Below are positions 1 through 8,428 of a stretch of 43,489 nt of DNA, in pieces. The stretch is taken from positions 1 through 43,489 of the IMG/VR virus record IMGVR_UViG_3300037408_000257, one strand, 5' to 3'. The notes beneath the pieces are model-generated. The model saw nothing but the letters and a program-made list of their open reading frames with translations, was not told the origin of the DNA and did no database searches. Origin of the DNA: a virus. Taxonomy: Duplodnaviria > Caudoviricetes. Made by a program: the position numbers and the translations under genes. Numbering within the stretch: position 1 is the stretch's first letter; every line of letters starts with the position of its first letter.

Positions 1-127
1 AACCAAGCACTTCACCAGGTCGCTGAAATCGAGATCGAGCGCATCGAAGCGATCACTCAACGGAGCGCAGGACCACTGCGCGACATGCTCGTGCTGCATC
101 TGGAGCAGGCGATGAGGACCGTCTACG
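1..127 (+). repeat. 127-bp terminal overlap (copy 1), circularisation signature
   Basis: Identical to 43363-43489. Confidence 0.97.
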
Positions 128-185
128 AGGCCGGAGCGGCCTCCGCAAGGTCGGCGCGGATGGCAACGCATGGCGGGGCACAAGC

Positions 186-305
186 ATGAGCGCCGACACC
201 GACTCTCTCGGCGCCAAAATCAGCGCAATCATCTGCTCCGTCTTCATCGGACTGCTAATCCTGTTGGACATTCTGGGCGCCGCGCGCGAGGTGGGCGGCC
301 TGTGA
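186..305 (+). CDS. 39-aa single-TM peptide
   Basis: MSADTDSLGAKISAIICSVFIGLLILLDILGAAREVGGL, coupled by ATGA and GTGA overlaps at both ends. Not in the ORF track. Confidence 0.6.
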   Translation: MSADTDSLGAKISAIICSVFIGLLILLDILGAAREVGGL

Positions 306-541
306 ACTCGAAGACACGCGAACGGCTTGCGGAGCATTACGCGGAGATTACCGAAGCTGCGGAGCATCAAATCCGCGAGCTAATCAGGCGGGAGACTTCC
401 GAGGCCCGTGCGGTCGCGCTGGGAGTCTGGCAGCTGTGGTACGCGATCACAGCGGGCCATCAGGCTGACGGCGACACCGAACGGCTCGAGGCGTTGTTTG
501 CCAACGGTTCGCCGTTCGATCACCAGCCATCGGAGAACTGA
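302..541 (+). CDS. Hypothetical phage protein
   Basis: GTG start overlaps the upstream stop; the next ATG is 1 nt after its own stop. Confidence 0.6.
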   Translation: MNSKTRERLAEHYAEITEAAEHQIRELIRRETSEARAVALGVWQLWYAITAGHQADGDTERLEALFANGSPFDHQPSEN

Positions 542-542
542 G

Positions 543-977
543 ATGGACGCGACGCTTGATGTGGTGCTGACCAAGACCTACCAGAACAAGCCGCTGGCAA
601 CGATCCGAAACCTGCCCGGCAATGACGCCGATCTGACACCAGACCAGATGCGGGCGCTGGCGAAGACCCTGCTGGTCGTGGCCGACGAGTGCGAGGCACG
701 TCCGATGGACGCGAAGCGGTTTCTTCGTGCCACAAGGAGCTATGCCGTGGCAGATCTTCGCGCTGAGGCGATCTCTTCAGAGCTGCGCGCCGAGCCATGC
801 CCGTGGTGCGGTAACGGCCACGACGGCCTTATGTTTCGGAAGGCAAGCGCCGGCATATGGGTCGTTTCGTGCCCGCGATGCGGCGCAGTCGGCCCCCATC
901 CGAGACAGGGCGAGCAATCGTATGACCAGGCCATTGCGGCCTGGAACGGAGAGGAGAAACCGGCATGCACAACCTGA
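543..977 (+). CDS. Hypothetical N-terminal domain fused to a Lar-like (restriction alleviation) Zn finger
   Basis: GGAG RBS; C-terminal CPWCG...CPRCGAVGP...AIAAWN motif. Confidence 0.65.
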   Translation: MDATLDVVLTKTYQNKPLATIRNLPGNDADLTPDQMRALAKTLLVVADECEARPMDAKRFLRATRSYAVADLRAEAISSELRAEPCPWCGNGHDGLMFRKASAGIWVVSCPRCGAVGPHPRQGEQSYDQAIAAWNGEEKPACTT

Positions 978-1186
978 AGCACGGCGCGCTTCAGCTTCTG
1001 ATGGGGGCACTGCTTTGCCTGCACCGCGCCACCAGCGCCGCCCTGCGTTGGTGCGAAGACAGGCTGGACGAATTCGAAGGCCTGGACGACATCGTCGACG
1101 AAATCGTGAACCGGGATCACGAATTGAAGAAACCCGCCGCGCCCGTGCTGATCGTGCGGGTGCACCACCGACCACGGATCCACTAA
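965..1186 (+). CDS. Hypothetical protein
   Basis: GAGGAG upstream; TAATG coupling to the next gene. Confidence 0.6.
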   Translation: MHNLKHGALQLLMGALLCLHRATSAALRWCEDRLDEFEGLDDIVDEIVNRDHELKKPAAPVLIVRVHHRPRIH

Positions 1187-1410
1187 TGAACACGCAACAC
1201 ATAGAACCGTGCCCTTTCTGCGGCGCAACCGCCGAACTGGAGGACGTGAACATGGAGCACCTGGCGGTGACTTGCTGCGGGTGTGGCGCCATCGGCCCGC
1301 GGGCAGATTTCGGCGATGCCGCAATCCGCGCATGGAACGCACGCCGGGACACGGCACCCGAGTGGCTTTCCCAGGCTCTTAACTCGGGAGATGGAGTGTA
1401 CCGCCCGTGA
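1186..1410 (+). CDS. Lar-family restriction alleviation Zn-finger protein
   Basis: PCPFCG...CCGCGAIGP...AIRAWNAR motif; 74 aa. Confidence 0.75.
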   Translation: MNTQHIEPCPFCGATAELEDVNMEHLAVTCCGCGAIGPRADFGDAAIRAWNARRDTAPEWLSQALNSGDGVYRP

Positions 1411-2006
1411 AGATCATCGGACTGACCGGACCCGCAGGCTGCGGGAAATCGACGGTTGCGGACCTGCTGCAGGAGCATTTCGGCTATATCGAGGAATCGT
1501 TCGCGCGGCCGCTCCGCGAGTTCGTGGCATCGGTCTGCTGTTGGACCACTGAAAACGTCGAACGGACGAAGGAAGAACGGACACCAAAGCTGTGCAACCG
1601 ATCGCCGCGCGAGGTCATGCAACTGATGGGCACCGAGTTTGCGCGCAACATGATCGGCCCCGACATCTGGATTCGCGCCCTGGAGTCGAGAATCCAGCGC
1701 ATGCGGAACTTTGTCGACACCTATGACCCGCGAGTCACACCCGTCGCTGAATGGTGGTCGCCGAAACTGGCATCCGGCCAGCTGCAGTTTGTCGTCTCCG
1801 ATATCCGCTTCCCCAACGAGGCAGCCTGGGTGCGGGAGCACGGCGAACTGTGGCATCTCACCAGACCCGGAAAAGGACTGACCGGGCACGTCAGCGAAGC
1901 AGGAGTCGCAGTGACCGACCGCGACCAGATCCTCGATAACGACTGCGACATGGACGCGCTGCGGGTTCGCATTGGCGCAATGCTGGGGGTCTCCGATGCC
2001 CAGTGA
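1407..2006 (+). CDS. Deoxynucleoside monophosphate kinase (T4 gp1/T5-like)
   Basis: IIGLTGPAGCGKST P-loop, SFARPLRE, SPREVMQLMGTE, VVSDIRFPNEA and HVSE motifs. Confidence 0.9.
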   Translation: MKIIGLTGPAGCGKSTVADLLQEHFGYIEESFARPLREFVASVCCWTTENVERTKEERTPKLCNRSPREVMQLMGTEFARNMIGPDIWIRALESRIQRMRNFVDTYDPRVTPVAEWWSPKLASGQLQFVVSDIRFPNEAAWVREHGELWHLTRPGKGLTGHVSEAGVAVTDRDQILDNDCDMDALRVRIGAMLGVSDAQ

Positions 2007-2358
2007 TCGACCCGTTGCATACGTTGCCGGCCCCTACCGCGGCATCAACGCGTTCGATGTATCACGCAACATCGAGAGCGCCCGCCTGGTTGCGGCGGCG
2101 CTTTGGCGACAAGGCTATTACGCGCTGTGCCCGCATATGAACACCGCGCACTTCGACGGCATCGTCGACGACCGCGTGTTCCTGGATGGGGCGCTGGAGC
2201 TGATGCGACGGTGCGACCTGGTCGTGCTATCGCGAGGCTGGGCGCAAAGCGAGGGCTCGCGGGAGGAGATCCGCGAGGCGCTGGCGATCGGAAAACCGAT
2301 CTTCGAATGGCCCGTCATGAGCGTCGCGCTCACCGAGGCCTATTTCAATCTCGACTGA
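1996..2358 (+). CDS. DUF4406/DUF1937-like protein (nucleoside 2-deoxyribosyltransferase-like fold)
   Basis: YVAGPY, CPH, LMRRCD and GWAQSEGSREE motifs. Confidence 0.75.
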   Translation: MPSDRPVAYVAGPYRGINAFDVSRNIESARLVAAALWRQGYYALCPHMNTAHFDGIVDDRVFLDGALELMRRCDLVVLSRGWAQSEGSREEIREALAIGKPIFEWPVMSVALTEAYFNLD

Positions 2359-2373
2359 TAAGAGGACTGCATC

Positions 2374-2718
2374 ATGACCCGCCCTGACCTGTTCAACTTC
2401 GTGATCGGCTCGCTCCGGTACGGCGCGACGCTGGATGAACTATCCGAGAAGCTCAATGAATGCGTCAACGCCAGCCGGGAGACCGGCAAAGTCTCGACGC
2501 TAACCCTGGAGCTGAAGATCAAACCGAACGGTTCGACCGGCCAGTACGAGCTGACCGACAAGATCAAGTCGCGCGTTCCGGAACTGGACCGCGAGGTCAC
2601 GCTGATGTTTGGCACACCGGAAGGCAACCTGGTCCGGGAAGACCCGCGCCAGATGAAGCTGGACCTCCGACGGGTCGAAGACCCGCCCGCCGGGGACCTG
2701 CGCAAGGTCAGTCCGTAA
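2374..2718 (+). CDS. YfdP-like phage protein
   Basis: TGKVSTLTLELKIKP and EGNLVREDPRQ motifs; lies immediately upstream of the DUF2303 gene, as is usual for this pair. Confidence 0.65.
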   Translation: MTRPDLFNFVIGSLRYGATLDELSEKLNECVNASRETGKVSTLTLELKIKPNGSTGQYELTDKIKSRVPELDREVTLMFGTPEGNLVREDPRQMKLDLRRVEDPPAGDLRKVSP

Positions 2719-2742
2719 ACCCAGTCCATCGGAGCAGAGATC

Positions 2743-3576
2743 ATGAAAGACAACGACGACACCTACAACGAAGAATTCCCCAACGACTGGGCGACCGCGT
2801 TCAACGCCGGCGCTGCGCTGTCCGAGCGTAAGGAGTTCGAGATCAACGAGACCCCGGCGGTCCTGATTCCGGACGGCTATAAGGTCCAGACGTTCGAGGA
2901 GCACCGCGAGCGGCCGATTCGCATCGAGCGCTGCGTCGCTACCCACACCGCCCGCGCCTTCGTCAAGTACGTCAAGCGATTCTGGGACGATGGGACGATG
3001 GTGTTCGCAGACGGTAGCAAGGCCACATTCACCGCGGTCATCGACTACCACCGATCCGCCGACGTGCCCGACTGGTGCAGGCATTCCGTCACCTATGCCT
3101 GCCCGACCAGCCGCGAATGGGACGCGTGGATGAAGAGTTCGGGCAAAGTGATGACTCAGGCGCAGTTTGCCGAATTCATCGAGGACAACCTGGTCGACAT
3201 CGTGCAGCCCGTCGGCGCCGAAATGCTGGAAGTTGCCAAAACGCTCGACGCGCGAACCAGCGTCCGGTTCAAGAGCGGCATCCGCCTCGACAACGGGGAG
3301 ACGCAGCTGGTGTACGAGGAGATGATCGACGGCGCCGCCGGCGCCAAAGGCCAGATCAAGATTCCGCAGACGATCAAGCTGGCGCTGCGCGTGTTCCAGG
3401 GCGAAGACCCGTATGAGGTCGAGGCCCGCTTCAAATACCGGATCAAGGAAGGCGCGCTGACCATGTGGCAGGAGCTGGTCCGCCCTGAGCGCATCACCGA
3501 GGACGCGTTCCGGGGAATCCTCGAGCGGATCGCCGAAGAGCTGGACCTGGTTCCTGTGATCGAGGCAGCGGCATAA
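2743..3576 (+). CDS. YfdQ/DUF2303 family protein
   Basis: AVIDYH, W..H, QAQFAEFIEDN and ARFKYRI motifs; 277 aa. Confidence 0.85.
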   Translation: MKDNDDTYNEEFPNDWATAFNAGAALSERKEFEINETPAVLIPDGYKVQTFEEHRERPIRIERCVATHTARAFVKYVKRFWDDGTMVFADGSKATFTAVIDYHRSADVPDWCRHSVTYACPTSREWDAWMKSSGKVMTQAQFAEFIEDNLVDIVQPVGAEMLEVAKTLDARTSVRFKSGIRLDNGETQLVYEEMIDGAAGAKGQIKIPQTIKLALRVFQGEDPYEVEARFKYRIKEGALTMWQELVRPERITEDAFRGILERIAEELDLVPVIEAAA

Positions 3577-3592
3577 CGCGCCGCCGTAACCG

Positions 3593-4723
3593 ATGGAACT
3601 CACTGCGACCAAAGAACAGCTGCTGCCGCCTCTGATGCGCGCGGCTGCAGCCTGCGGAGGCGGAACGCTGCCGGTGCTGGAGCATCTGCTGCTGCGGCCT
3701 GGCGATGCGCTCAGCGTGACCGGCACCGACATGGAGACCGAGATCGTCGCGTCGGGCGACTTTCCGGCAGGAGGTGTCGCCATCGCTTTGCCCGGGCGGA
3801 AGCTGGTCAACATCATCCGGAACCTGCCCGACGGCGCCGATGTATCGATCAGTGTGGGTGACGAGCGCTGCTCGATCCGATCCGGGCGCAGCCGCTACCT
3901 GCTGGCGACGGTTCCCGCGGACTCATTCCCGGCGTTTGACCGGGACCGGAACAATCCACGCACCACCCTCACCATCGGCGCGGACGTGCTGCTGCGGGCC
4001 CTGACTCGCGTGCGATTCGCGGCCGGCAAGGCCGACGTTCGGTACTACCTGAATGGCGTACACGTCCAGATCGACCAGGGATCGCTGCTGACGGTCGCGT
4101 CGGACGGACACCGCATCGCGGTTTGTGAGACGGCGCTCGACGGCGATGAAGCGCGAACCACAGTCGTTGGCAATGGCCAGTTCGGCGATAAGTGCTTCAT
4201 GATTCTGCCGAACGGCGGCGTGGACGAGATCATGCTGCTGCTGAAAGGCGCTCGGGGCGACGTGCAGATGATGGTGTCGAAATCGTGCGCCGAGGTCATC
4301 GCCGACGAAACATCGTTCGCCACCAAACTGATCGAAGGCACTTACCCGCCCTGGCAACGCGTCGTCCCGCGCGACTATTGCGCATCCTTTACCGCCGAGC
4401 GCCAGTCGTTGGTCGACTCGCTGCGGCGCATGGCGACGCTGGCCGATGAGAAATTCTGCGGCGTCGAGCTAACGGTCGACGGCGACCTGCTGACGCTGCG
4501 CCTGCACAACTCTGTCGGCGAGAACGCGGAGGAGCAGCTCGAACTCGCCAACGTCGAAGGCGATCCAGGGCGGCAAGGATTCAACGCGCACTACCTGATC
4601 GACGCGCTGTCGGTCGCAGAGACCGAGCGTGTCGAATTCAGCATCGCCGAATCGCGCGGCGTGCGCATCACCGACACGACCGACACCGGATGGCAGGCGG
4701 TCGTCATGCCAATGAGGTTGTGA
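3593..4723 (+). CDS. dnaN: DNA polymerase III beta sliding clamp (phage-encoded)
   Basis: 376 aa; LPVLEHLLL, TGTDME, DVRYYLNGV, VASDGHRIA, KLIEGTYP, GFNAHYLIDAL and C-terminal VVMPMRL. Confidence 0.95.
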   Translation: MELTATKEQLLPPLMRAAAACGGGTLPVLEHLLLRPGDALSVTGTDMETEIVASGDFPAGGVAIALPGRKLVNIIRNLPDGADVSISVGDERCSIRSGRSRYLLATVPADSFPAFDRDRNNPRTTLTIGADVLLRALTRVRFAAGKADVRYYLNGVHVQIDQGSLLTVASDGHRIAVCETALDGDEARTTVVGNGQFGDKCFMILPNGGVDEIMLLLKGARGDVQMMVSKSCAEVIADETSFATKLIEGTYPPWQRVVPRDYCASFTAERQSLVDSLRRMATLADEKFCGVELTVDGDLLTLRLHNSVGENAEEQLELANVEGDPGRQGFNAHYLIDALSVAETERVEFSIAESRGVRITDTTDTGWQAVVMPMRL

Positions 4724-5496
4724 CCGTGCCAGGCCTGCCGTCCGACATTGACGCCCGAATCGAACGACTGTGGTGCATCGGCAGCACCCGCAAGATTGCC
4801 GAACTGCTCGGCGTCGATCGTAGCTGCGTCATACGTCGCGCGAAGAAACTCTACCTGAAGCCCTCAAAACACTTCTGGACCCCGGAAGAAGACGCGATGC
4901 TGCGTGAGCTCTACCCGAACACCCTGTCCGCCGACATCGCGAAGAGGGTCGGTCTGCCCGTCGGCAGCGTGCACGATCGTGCCGCGCGGCTCGGCATTCG
5001 GAAAGACAAGGCATGGGTCAGCGAGAACTCTCGCGAAGTCCAGCGCCGCAACGGCAATCCGGGGCGATTCCGTAAGGGCCTGGAACCCTGGAACAAGGGC
5101 AAGCGCTGCCCTGGACTGGGCGGAGAAACAACCTTCAGGCCAGGAAACCGACCGCATACCTGGAGACCGATCGGCACCGAGCGGATCAGCAAGGACGGCT
5201 ATCTGCAGCGCAAGGTCACGGACGACGGCCCTGCGCGGCGGCATTACAAATCGGTGCATATCATCGTGTGGGAGGCAGCCAACGGCCAGGTGCCACCCGG
5301 TCATGCGGTAATCATGAAAGATGGCAACAAGCAGAATCTGGCGCTCGACAACCTGGAACTGGTCAGTCGCGCGGAGCTGATGCGCCGAAACTCGGTGCAC
5401 CGATACCCGGAGAGCCTGGTGCAGGCCATTTACGCCAAGGCCAGGCTTTCTCGGGCAATCAACAAGAGGCTGAGGCATGAAAAATCGGATGACTGA
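4720..5496 (+). CDS. HNH endonuclease (HNH_3-like) with N-terminal HTH/Myb-like repeats
   Basis: WTPEED, FRKG..PWNKG and VHIIVWE...KDGNKQNLALDNLELVSRAELMRRN motifs. Start uncertain (4720 or 4726). Confidence 0.85.
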   Translation: MTVPGLPSDIDARIERLWCIGSTRKIAELLGVDRSCVIRRAKKLYLKPSKHFWTPEEDAMLRELYPNTLSADIAKRVGLPVGSVHDRAARLGIRKDKAWVSENSREVQRRNGNPGRFRKGLEPWNKGKRCPGLGGETTFRPGNRPHTWRPIGTERISKDGYLQRKVTDDGPARRHYKSVHIIVWEAANGQVPPGHAVIMKDGNKQNLALDNLELVSRAELMRRNSVHRYPESLVQAIYAKARLSRAINKRLRHEKSDD

Positions 5497-5710
5497 TCTC
5501 CGAAACCACTTGTTTGCAACGCTGGAAGCGCTCCAGGACGAAGAAAAGCCCATGGACATTCAGCGGGCAAAGGCGATAAGCGACGTCGCCCAAACCATCA
5601 TCAATTCGGCGAAGGTGGAAGTCGACTTCATTAACGCCACGGGCGACCGAGGGACGGGGTTCATCGAGCTTGACTCCGTTCGGCCTGATCTCAAGGCAAT
5701 TGGACGCTGA
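5477..5710 (+). CDS. Conserved phage hypothetical protein (usual neighbour of this HNH type)
   Basis: DLRNHLFATLEAL...RAKAISDVAQTIINSAKVEVD. Confidence 0.75.
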   Translation: MKNRMTDLRNHLFATLEALQDEEKPMDIQRAKAISDVAQTIINSAKVEVDFINATGDRGTGFIELDSVRPDLKAIGR

Positions 5711-5723
5711 CCCAAACGACTAC

Positions 5724-5786
5724 GGGCGCCCCGCATCATTAACCCGCGTGCAACTGCGGGGAATGGGCGAATGGGTAGGGGCGCCC
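5724..5786 (+). other. Nested stem-loop in intergenic leader
   Basis: Outer stem GGGCGCCCC/GGGGCGCCC encloses CATT-AA-CCCGC...GCGGG-AATG. Confidence 0.5.
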
Positions 5787-5815
5787 ACCACTTAACGCTT
5801 AGATCGGAGACAACG

Positions 5816-6022
5816 ATGAAGACATTGATGCTGGCATTGGCCTTTTTCGCCCTGACCGGTTTCGGAGGTCACCCGGACCGCTATCGGCCGGAGCGCCCCC
5901 ATCATGACGGGCCCTCACATTCAGGCCCGGTCGCTCCAGAGCTGGACGCGGGGTCAGGCGGACTCGCGCTCGGCATCGTCGGCGTCGCGCTGGCCTTGAT
6001 CCGGGAACGGCGCCGGGGGTGA
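5816..6022 (+). CDS. Small exported protein with VPEID-CTERM-like (exosortase E type) sorting signal
   Basis: Signal-peptide-like N-terminus; C-terminus is APELDAGSG + hydrophobic helix + RERRRG; GGAG RBS. Confidence 0.7.
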   Translation: MKTLMLALAFFALTGFGGHPDRYRPERPHHDGPSHSGPVAPELDAGSGGLALGIVGVALALIRERRRG

Positions 6023-6025
6023 TCC

Positions 6026-6340
6026 GTGCTGCTGTTCAGCCAGCCAATGCGTAGAGGGCGGTGTCGCGTGTGCGGCTGCACTGACGACGACTGCAGCGGC
6101 TGCATCGAGCGGACAGGCACGCCGTGCTATTGGGTCGAGGTTGATCTGTGCAGCGCGTGCCTGACGCCGAACGACCTGTCGCGCCGCCTTCGGCATGGCG
6201 ATGCCGCGGACTGGGGCATCCTGCATGCGGCGTTTCCCTATCAGCTTTTCCTTCAGGCCACCGAGATCCTCGAGCAGCATCCCGATGAGTGGGAAGGCCC
6301 CTGCTTCTGCGGCCTGTGCCGATCTTCTCTCCCCAGCTGA
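6026..6340 (+). CDS. Cys-rich Zn-binding phage protein
   Basis: CRVCGCTDDDC...CYWVEVDLCSAC and CFCGLC motifs. Confidence 0.65.
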   Translation: MLLFSQPMRRGRCRVCGCTDDDCSGCIERTGTPCYWVEVDLCSACLTPNDLSRRLRHGDAADWGILHAAFPYQLFLQATEILEQHPDEWEGPCFCGLCRSSLPS

Positions 6341-6421
6341 TCGCACCGCTTATCATGACCGACGTTCGCCCGATCATTACACTGTTGGCAGAAATCCTCG
6401 TCCGCGAGTCGAAGAACGACC

Positions 6422-7987
6422 ATGCGCGCAGCGCTCTACGCCCGATTCAGCACCGACCGCCAGTCAGAGACGTCCGCAGCAGACCAGCTCCGGCTGTGCC
6501 GCCAACGCGCTGAGCGCGACGGCCTGACCATCGTCGCCGAATACCGGGACGAGGCCGTCTCCGGTTCGGTGCCGGTCGGACAGCGCCCCGGCGCGAAGCA
6601 GCTGCTGGCCGAATCAGGCGACTGGGACGTGCTCCTGGTCGAAAGCCTGGATCGCATCAGCCGCGACAGCGCGGAACTCGAAATGACCATCCGGCGCCTG
6701 GAGCACCGCCGAATCCGGATCGTTGGCGTCTCGGATGGCTACGACTCGACCCAGACGCACCGCAAGCTGATGCGCGGCATCAAGGGCGTCATTGCCCAAC
6801 AGTATCTGGAAGAGCTTGCGTGGCGCACGCATCGCGGCCTGTCCGGCGTCGTGGCGCGCGGCCATCACGCCGGCGGAATCTCGTATGGCTACCGCACCGT
6901 GCCGGCCGAGGGCGGCAACGTGCTGGAGATCGATGGAGAGAAAGCGGCGGTTGTCCGCGATATCTTCCGGCGCTTCGCCGGCGGCGACAGTTGCCAGCGC
7001 ATTGCGGCCGATCTGAACGCCCGTAGTGTTCGCGGCCCGCGCGGCACCTGGTCGGTGTCCGCCATCTACGGCAGCCCGAACAAAGGCACCGGCATCCTCT
7101 GCAACGAGCTGTACGTCGGGCGGTACATCTGGAACCGGTCGCAGTGGGTCAAGGACCCCGACAGCGGGAAACGACAGCGCGTTGAGCGGCCGCGCGGCGA
7201 ATGGTGCATCCAGCAGCGCGAAGACCTGCGAATTGTCTCGGACGCTCTCTGGGGCGCGGTTCGGGCCCGCATGAACACGCCATATCGGCAGAGCGGCACC
7301 AAAGGCAAAGGACTGCCGCCCAAGACGCTGCTAGGCGGCCTGCTGACCTGCGGCATCTGCGGCGCCGCGGTGATCGCGGTGAACTCGATCAAGTACGGCT
7401 GCGCGGCGCACAAGGATCGCGGCGATGCGGTCTGCTCCTCGAGGACCTTGGTGCGCAAAGACATCGCCGAGCGGCGCATCCTGGATACGCTGAAAGCGGA
7501 CTTGCTATCCCCGGCCTCGATGGCATTTATCCATGCCGAGGTCCGCCGACTGCAAAGGGAGCAGGCGCCCGTTGATCACAGCAAACGCATTGCCGAGCTG
7601 GAGCGTGAGATCGTGCGGATTGGTGACGCGATCGTCGCCGTGGGCGTCAGCGAGTCACTGGCGGATCGGCTGAAGCGCGCCGAAGCCGAGAAGGCGTCGC
7701 TCCTGCGCGAACGTCTGCAGGAACCCGTCGACCTGGCCGGCATTGCCGATCGCTATCGGGCCCTGGTTGCCAGACTGGATGAAGCGCTGGGTCAGGACAT
7801 CCCACAAAGCCGCGCCGTGCTGCGCGATGTGCTGGGGGCGGTACGGATCGAGGACCGGGAAGACGGCATCTATGCTGTGATGAAACGACCCGCCGTCGCG
7901 CTGTTGTCGGTAGCGGGTGTCTCTAGGTCTGGTAGCGGGGGCAGGATTTTTGACCTGGAGACAGCCGTGCTGCTGCAGGCGCACTAG
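6422..7987 (+). CDS. int: Large serine recombinase (integrase)
   Basis: YARFSTDRQ catalytic Ser, ESLDRISR, recombinase domain, Zn ribbon CGICG...YGC...C and a coiled coil. Confidence 0.95.
   Translation: MRAALYARFSTDRQSETSAADQLRLCRQRAERDGLTIVAEYRDEAVSGSVPVGQRPGAKQLLAESGDWDVLLVESLDRISRDSAELEMTIRRLEHRRIRIVGVSDGYDSTQTHRKLMRGIKGVIAQQYLEELAWRTHRGLSGVVARGHHAGGISYGYRTVPAEGGNVLEIDGEKAAVVRDIFRRFAGGDSCQRIAADLNARSVRGPRGTWSVSAIYGSPNKGTGILCNELYVGRYIWNRSQWVKDPDSGKRQRVERPRGEWCIQQREDLRIVSDALWGAVRARMNTPYRQSGTKGKGLPPKTLLGGLLTCGICGAAVIAVNSIKYGCAAHKDRGDAVCSSRTLVRKDIAERRILDTLKADLLSPASMAFIHAEVRRLQREQAPVDHSKRIAELEREIVRIGDAIVAVGVSESLADRLKRAEAEKASLLRERLQEPVDLAGIADRYRALVARLDEALGQDIPQSRAVLRDVLGAVRIEDREDGIYAVMKRPAVALLSVAGVSRSGSGGRIFDLETAVLLQAH
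7888..7918 (-). terminator. Possible hairpin downstream of the tRNA reconstituted on integration
   Basis: ACCCGC...GCGGGT stem about 11 nt past the CCA; the U tract is weak. Confidence 0.35.
7930..7949 (-). other. attP: Putative attP core matching the 3' end of an initiator-type tRNA-Met
   Basis: Minus strand reads AAATCCTGCCCCCGCTACCA (partial T-loop, T-stem, acceptor strand, CCA). The rest of the tRNA is absent. Confidence 0.8.
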
Positions 7988-7990
7988 TCG

Positions 7991-8428
7991 CTACTTAGAT
8001 GGCCTGAGTCGACGCCGATACATCTGCATCGCGTCCTCCTGCCTGGCAAGATTCAGCCGCTCGACCGCGGCTGACACAGCCTCGATCCGCTCGCGCATCG
8101 TGGCGTAGTCGTCCATCACCTGCTCGAAGCGCACTCCCATGCGCGTCAATCGCTCCTCGGTCAGCGGGAGGATTCCGTGCCCCACAAGCCGTTCCAGTTC
8201 GGCGACCCGCTCGGACAGTCGCTCGTCGTACGCCCGCGCCTGATCCATCCGGTATTCGAGCTTCAGCCCCCAGGCGGTCCCGAGCCCGACGATCACCACC
8301 AGGAACGCAACATGGATTAGCCGGACCTGTCGCAAAAGCGCCTCGACCGGGAACAGCGGGGGCAGGGGGGGAAGCGGGACAGGGTCCGGCTTGCCCCCGA
8401 TCGGGGTGTCCCGACCGGGCGGACTCAT
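7991..8428 (-). CDS. Single-TM coiled-coil protein (possible lysis accessory)
   Basis: TGATG coupling to the upstream gene; Pro-rich N-terminus, one TM helix, coiled coil. Confidence 0.65.
   Translation of the reverse strand: MSPPGRDTPIGGKPDPVPLPPLPPLFPVEALLRQVRLIHVAFLVVIVGLGTAWGLKLEYRMDQARAYDERLSERVAELERLVGHGILPLTEERLTRMGVRFEQVMDDYATMRERIEAVSAAVERLNLARQEDAMQMYRRRLRPSK

Noticed and set aside
1-127. Biological direct terminal repeat
   Set aside because: 127 bp equals a common assembler k-mer, the repeat cuts through an ORF, and the gpA-type terminase plus cos-like site point to cohesive ends.
777-3816. Long antisense ORFs (777-1889, 2500-3816; likewise 16964-18076, 12471-13472, 28485-29432)
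   Set aside because: They are shadow ORFs of GC-rich genes on the opposite strand, with no motifs or RBS.
6355-6513. Small ORF overlapping the integrase start as a recombination directionality factor
   Set aside because: It has no clear RBS or recognisable motif and mostly overlaps int; it cannot be supported from sequence alone.
7930-8010. Intact tRNA gene
   Set aside because: Only the last 20 nt match; the anticodon and D arms are absent, so it is treated as an att core.
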